From positions 15,914,344 through 15,978,343 of the forward strand of contig NC_057729.1 of NCBI RefSeq assembly GCF_004010195.1: a DNA stretch of 64,000 nucleotides, read 5' to 3'. Both the position numbers and the translations under genes were made by a program. The notes beneath the pieces are model-generated. The model saw only the letters and a program-made list of their open reading frames with translations, ran no database searches and was not told the origin of the DNA. Numbering within the stretch: position 1 is the first letter of the stretch; each line of letters begins with the position of its first letter. The stretch is from Chiloscyllium plagiosum. Its lineage: Eukaryota. Shown here piece by piece: positions 61,078 to 64,000 of the stretch.

Positions 61078-63911
61078 AGACCATGATATATAGGAGCAGA
61101 ATTAGGCCATTGGGACCTTTGTATCTGCTCTGCCATTTGATCATGGCTGAAATGTTTCTCAACCCCATTCTCCTCCCTTCTCCTGTCACCTTTGATTCCC
61201 TTATTAATCAAGAACTTATCTTTCTCTGTCATAAATACACTCAAAGACTCGGTCTCCACAAGCTCTTCCAACAATGAGTTACACAGATTCAGCACCCTCT
61301 GGCTAAAGAAATGTCTCCTCCTGAAGGTAGTCATGCTTTGGAGATGCCGGTGTTGGACTGGGGTGGACAAAGTTAAAAATCACACAACACCAGGTTATAG
61401 TCCTACAGGTTTATTTGGAAGCACGAGCTTTTGGAGCACTGCTCCTTCATCAGATGGTTGTGGAGTATAAGATTATAGGACACAGAATTTACAGAATTTA
61501 TGATGTAATTGAAATTATATTTTGAAAAAAAAAACAAGGATTGTTTGTTAAGTCTCTCATCTTTTAGAATGGGCATGTTGGTTTCAGTTCTTTCATATGT
61601 AATCTCAGAAATTTCTTAAACTTACAGTTTCAAGTAAACTTTAACAATAGGTGCTATGTTGGCCCAGATAACACATTAAAGGTATAAGGTGCCCGGTGTG
61701 AGGCTGTCTATGCTATAATGTTCAGACTGAATCGAATCAAAAAAGGGATTTACAAAATCTTATATGGATTCAAGCAGTTTTTGAACAAAATCAAATGTAA
61801 TTTTGCAAGTATAAATTCACCCCACAAACTTTTATGTGTATGTGCATGTGGGTGTGTGTACAGGGGGTTATGAGTGTCTGTGAGAGAGTACGTGGGAGAG
61901 TATGTATATGTGTATGCATGTGAGTGAGTGTAAAGGGTTATTGGTCTGGAAGAGAGTGCATGTGAGTGTGGAAGTGTATATGTGCGCATATGAGAGAGGG
62001 TCAGTGTATGGGTCTCTAGGAGTGTGTATGTGTCTGTAGGACTATCTGTGTGTGTGAGTGTGTGTAGTGTAGTGGGGTCACCTGTAGTGTGACATGAACC
62101 CAAGGACCATCTTCCAAGGCAGACAACAACGTAAAGTGGCTGAATAGAGGTTGTTAGCCAAGCTCGGTGCCCATGGGGATGGCCTCAACCGGGGCCTTGT
62201 GTTCACATCACACTACAGGTGCACTACACACACACACACACACACACACTCCTATAGACCCACATACTCCCACAGACCCTCTCTCATATACTCACATACA
62301 CTCCCAAACTCACAAGCATGCACGCTCTCACAGACTTTTACCTCTTTACACTCACACAAATACACATACACACACTCTCACAGACACTCATACCCCACCC
62401 CGTGCACACACACACACACACACAAGTTTGTGGAGTGAATTTGTACTTGCAGAATTACATTTTATTTTGTGCAAAAACTGCATGATTCCATGTAAGATTC
62501 TGTAAATCCCTTTTTCAGATTAGAATCAGTTTGAACACTGGGGCACAGACAGCCACCTCACACTTCAATGCATTATCTGAGCCAACATGGCACCCATTGT
62601 TAAAGTTCACTTGAGAATGTAACTTTAAGAAAGTTCTGAGATTGCATATGAAAGAACTGAAACCAACATGCCCATTCCAAGAGATGGGAGACTTAGCAAA
62701 CAACCAATATAATTTCAGTTACATCACACTGTAAACCTTTGCTATAAATTTTGTGTCCGATGATCTTATACTCCACAACCACCTGATGAAGGAGCAACGC
62801 TCTGAAAGTTAGTGCTTCCAAATGAACCTGTTGGACTATAACCTGGTGTTGTGTGATTTTTCACTTTGTCCTCCTGAAGGATTTTCCTTTGGTCCTAGAC
62901 TGTCCTACTCTTAGAAACATCATCTCTACATGCACGCTGTTCAGGCCTCTCAGAATTCTGTAAGTTCCAATGAGATCGCCCTTCTAAACTCTATCCAGTA
63001 CAGCCCCAGAGTACACAACTGCTCCTCATATGACAATCTCTTCAATCCTGGGATTATTCTTATAACCCACCTCTGGACCCTCTCCAGGACCAGCGCATCC
63101 TTCATTAGATATTGGGCCCAAAGCTGCTCACAGTATTCCAAATGTGGTCTGACCAGAACCTTATATAGCCTCAGCAGAGCATACCTTTTTTTTGTTCTTT
63201 TCCTCTTGAAATTTTCAGCAAAACTACCAAGTTTTACAAAGTGAGAGTGGTGTTGTACTGTGGGCTTGGCATCACAAGGCATTGAGTTGAGTTTGTCGTT
63301 GGATAATCGAGTTAACATTTGGAAAATAATTTCCAGTTTGACATCTATCTTAAAAATATTCAATGGCCTTTGACAAGGTGCCACACAGGAGATTGCCAAA
63401 TAAGTTAAGAACCCATGGTGTTAGGAGCAAGGTATTGGTGAGGATAGAGGATTGGCTGACTGACAGAAGGCAGAGATTGGGGATAAAGGGGTCTTTTTCA
63501 GGATGACAGCCAGTGACTAGTAGAGTTATGCAGGGGTCAGCGTTGGGGCCACAACTATCACATTATACACTAATGATCTGCTCGAAGAAACTGAGGGCAT
63601 TGATGCTAAGGTTGTACAGGACACAAATATAGGAGCAGGGGCAGTTAGTACTGAGGAAGTGGGGAGACTGCAGAAGCATTTGGACAGGCTAAGAGAGTGA
63701 CCAAGAAGTAGCAGATGGAACATAATGTGGAAAAGTGTGAGACCATGCACGTTGGTAGGAAGAATAGAGACATACACTATTTTCTGAATTGGAAAGGGCT
63801 TTGGAAATTTAAAGCACAATGAAACTTAGGAGTCCTGGTTAAGGATTTCCCAAAGTTTGACATACACGTACAAATTGGCAGTTAGGAATGCAAATTCAAC
63901 ATTAGGATTCA
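61078..63911 (-). mobile_element. CR1 LINE with 5' inversion, interrupted by a PLE
   Basis: Minus-strand part at 61078-61327 plus 62871-63212 (LYKVLVRPHLEYCEQLW); inverted plus-strand RT part at about 63240-63911 (AFDKVPHRRL, QGSALGPQL). Confidence 0.85.
61328..62870 (-). mobile_element. 1.5-kb Penelope-like fold-back element (family B) with 10-12-bp TSD
   Basis: TSD (tc)ctcctgaagg at 61316-61327 and 62869-62880; long inverted arms; central GIY-YIG C-terminus QRKVAE*RLLAKLGAHGDGLNRGLVFTSHYR; hammerhead motifs at about 61422-61456 (-) and 62780-62814 (+). Confidence 0.9.
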
Positions 63912-64000
63912 ACTGGTTTTCCTGAGTTGGGTTTGGGGAAACTGGGATTTTCCCAACTCTGTGCTTCTGACTTGGGAGGTTAAATTTGGACATGGGGTCT

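Noticed and set aside
61750-62505. His/Thr-rich ORFs
   Set aside because: Translations of (CA)/(TG) simple repeats inside the PLE arms

Overview
This window is eukaryotic, non-genic (intergenic or intronic) DNA from a cartilaginous fish, most likely a shark. The basis is HE1/V-SINEs, HER1/CR1 LINEs and SacSINE1-like DeuSINEs, all recognised by eye with no database search. I found no intact host gene; the listed ORFs are transposon remnants or chance ORFs. The window contains about 11 HE1 SINE copies and many CR1, L2-group and Rex1 LINE fragments. It also holds a degenerate Gmr1-type SCAN-gag Gypsy provirus (6.1-10.7 kb), solo LTRs, a Tx1-like LINE 3' end, a Tigger-like MITE, Harbinger Myb/SANT remnants and two assembly gaps. 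The most interesting signal is at least four sequence families of Penelope-like (PLE) terminal repeats. Most are inserted as fold-back cassettes with 10-15 bp target-site duplications (TSDs), and each family carries a minimal hammerhead ribozyme whose stem III is a 4-nt palindrome. One family has a compensatory U3-A8 core variant, and three share a CC(A/G)GCATC motif in an unpaired 3' tail. Two CR1 insertions show twin-priming-like 5' inversions. Boundaries are approximate (about +/-20 bp) unless defined by a TSD or TIR.
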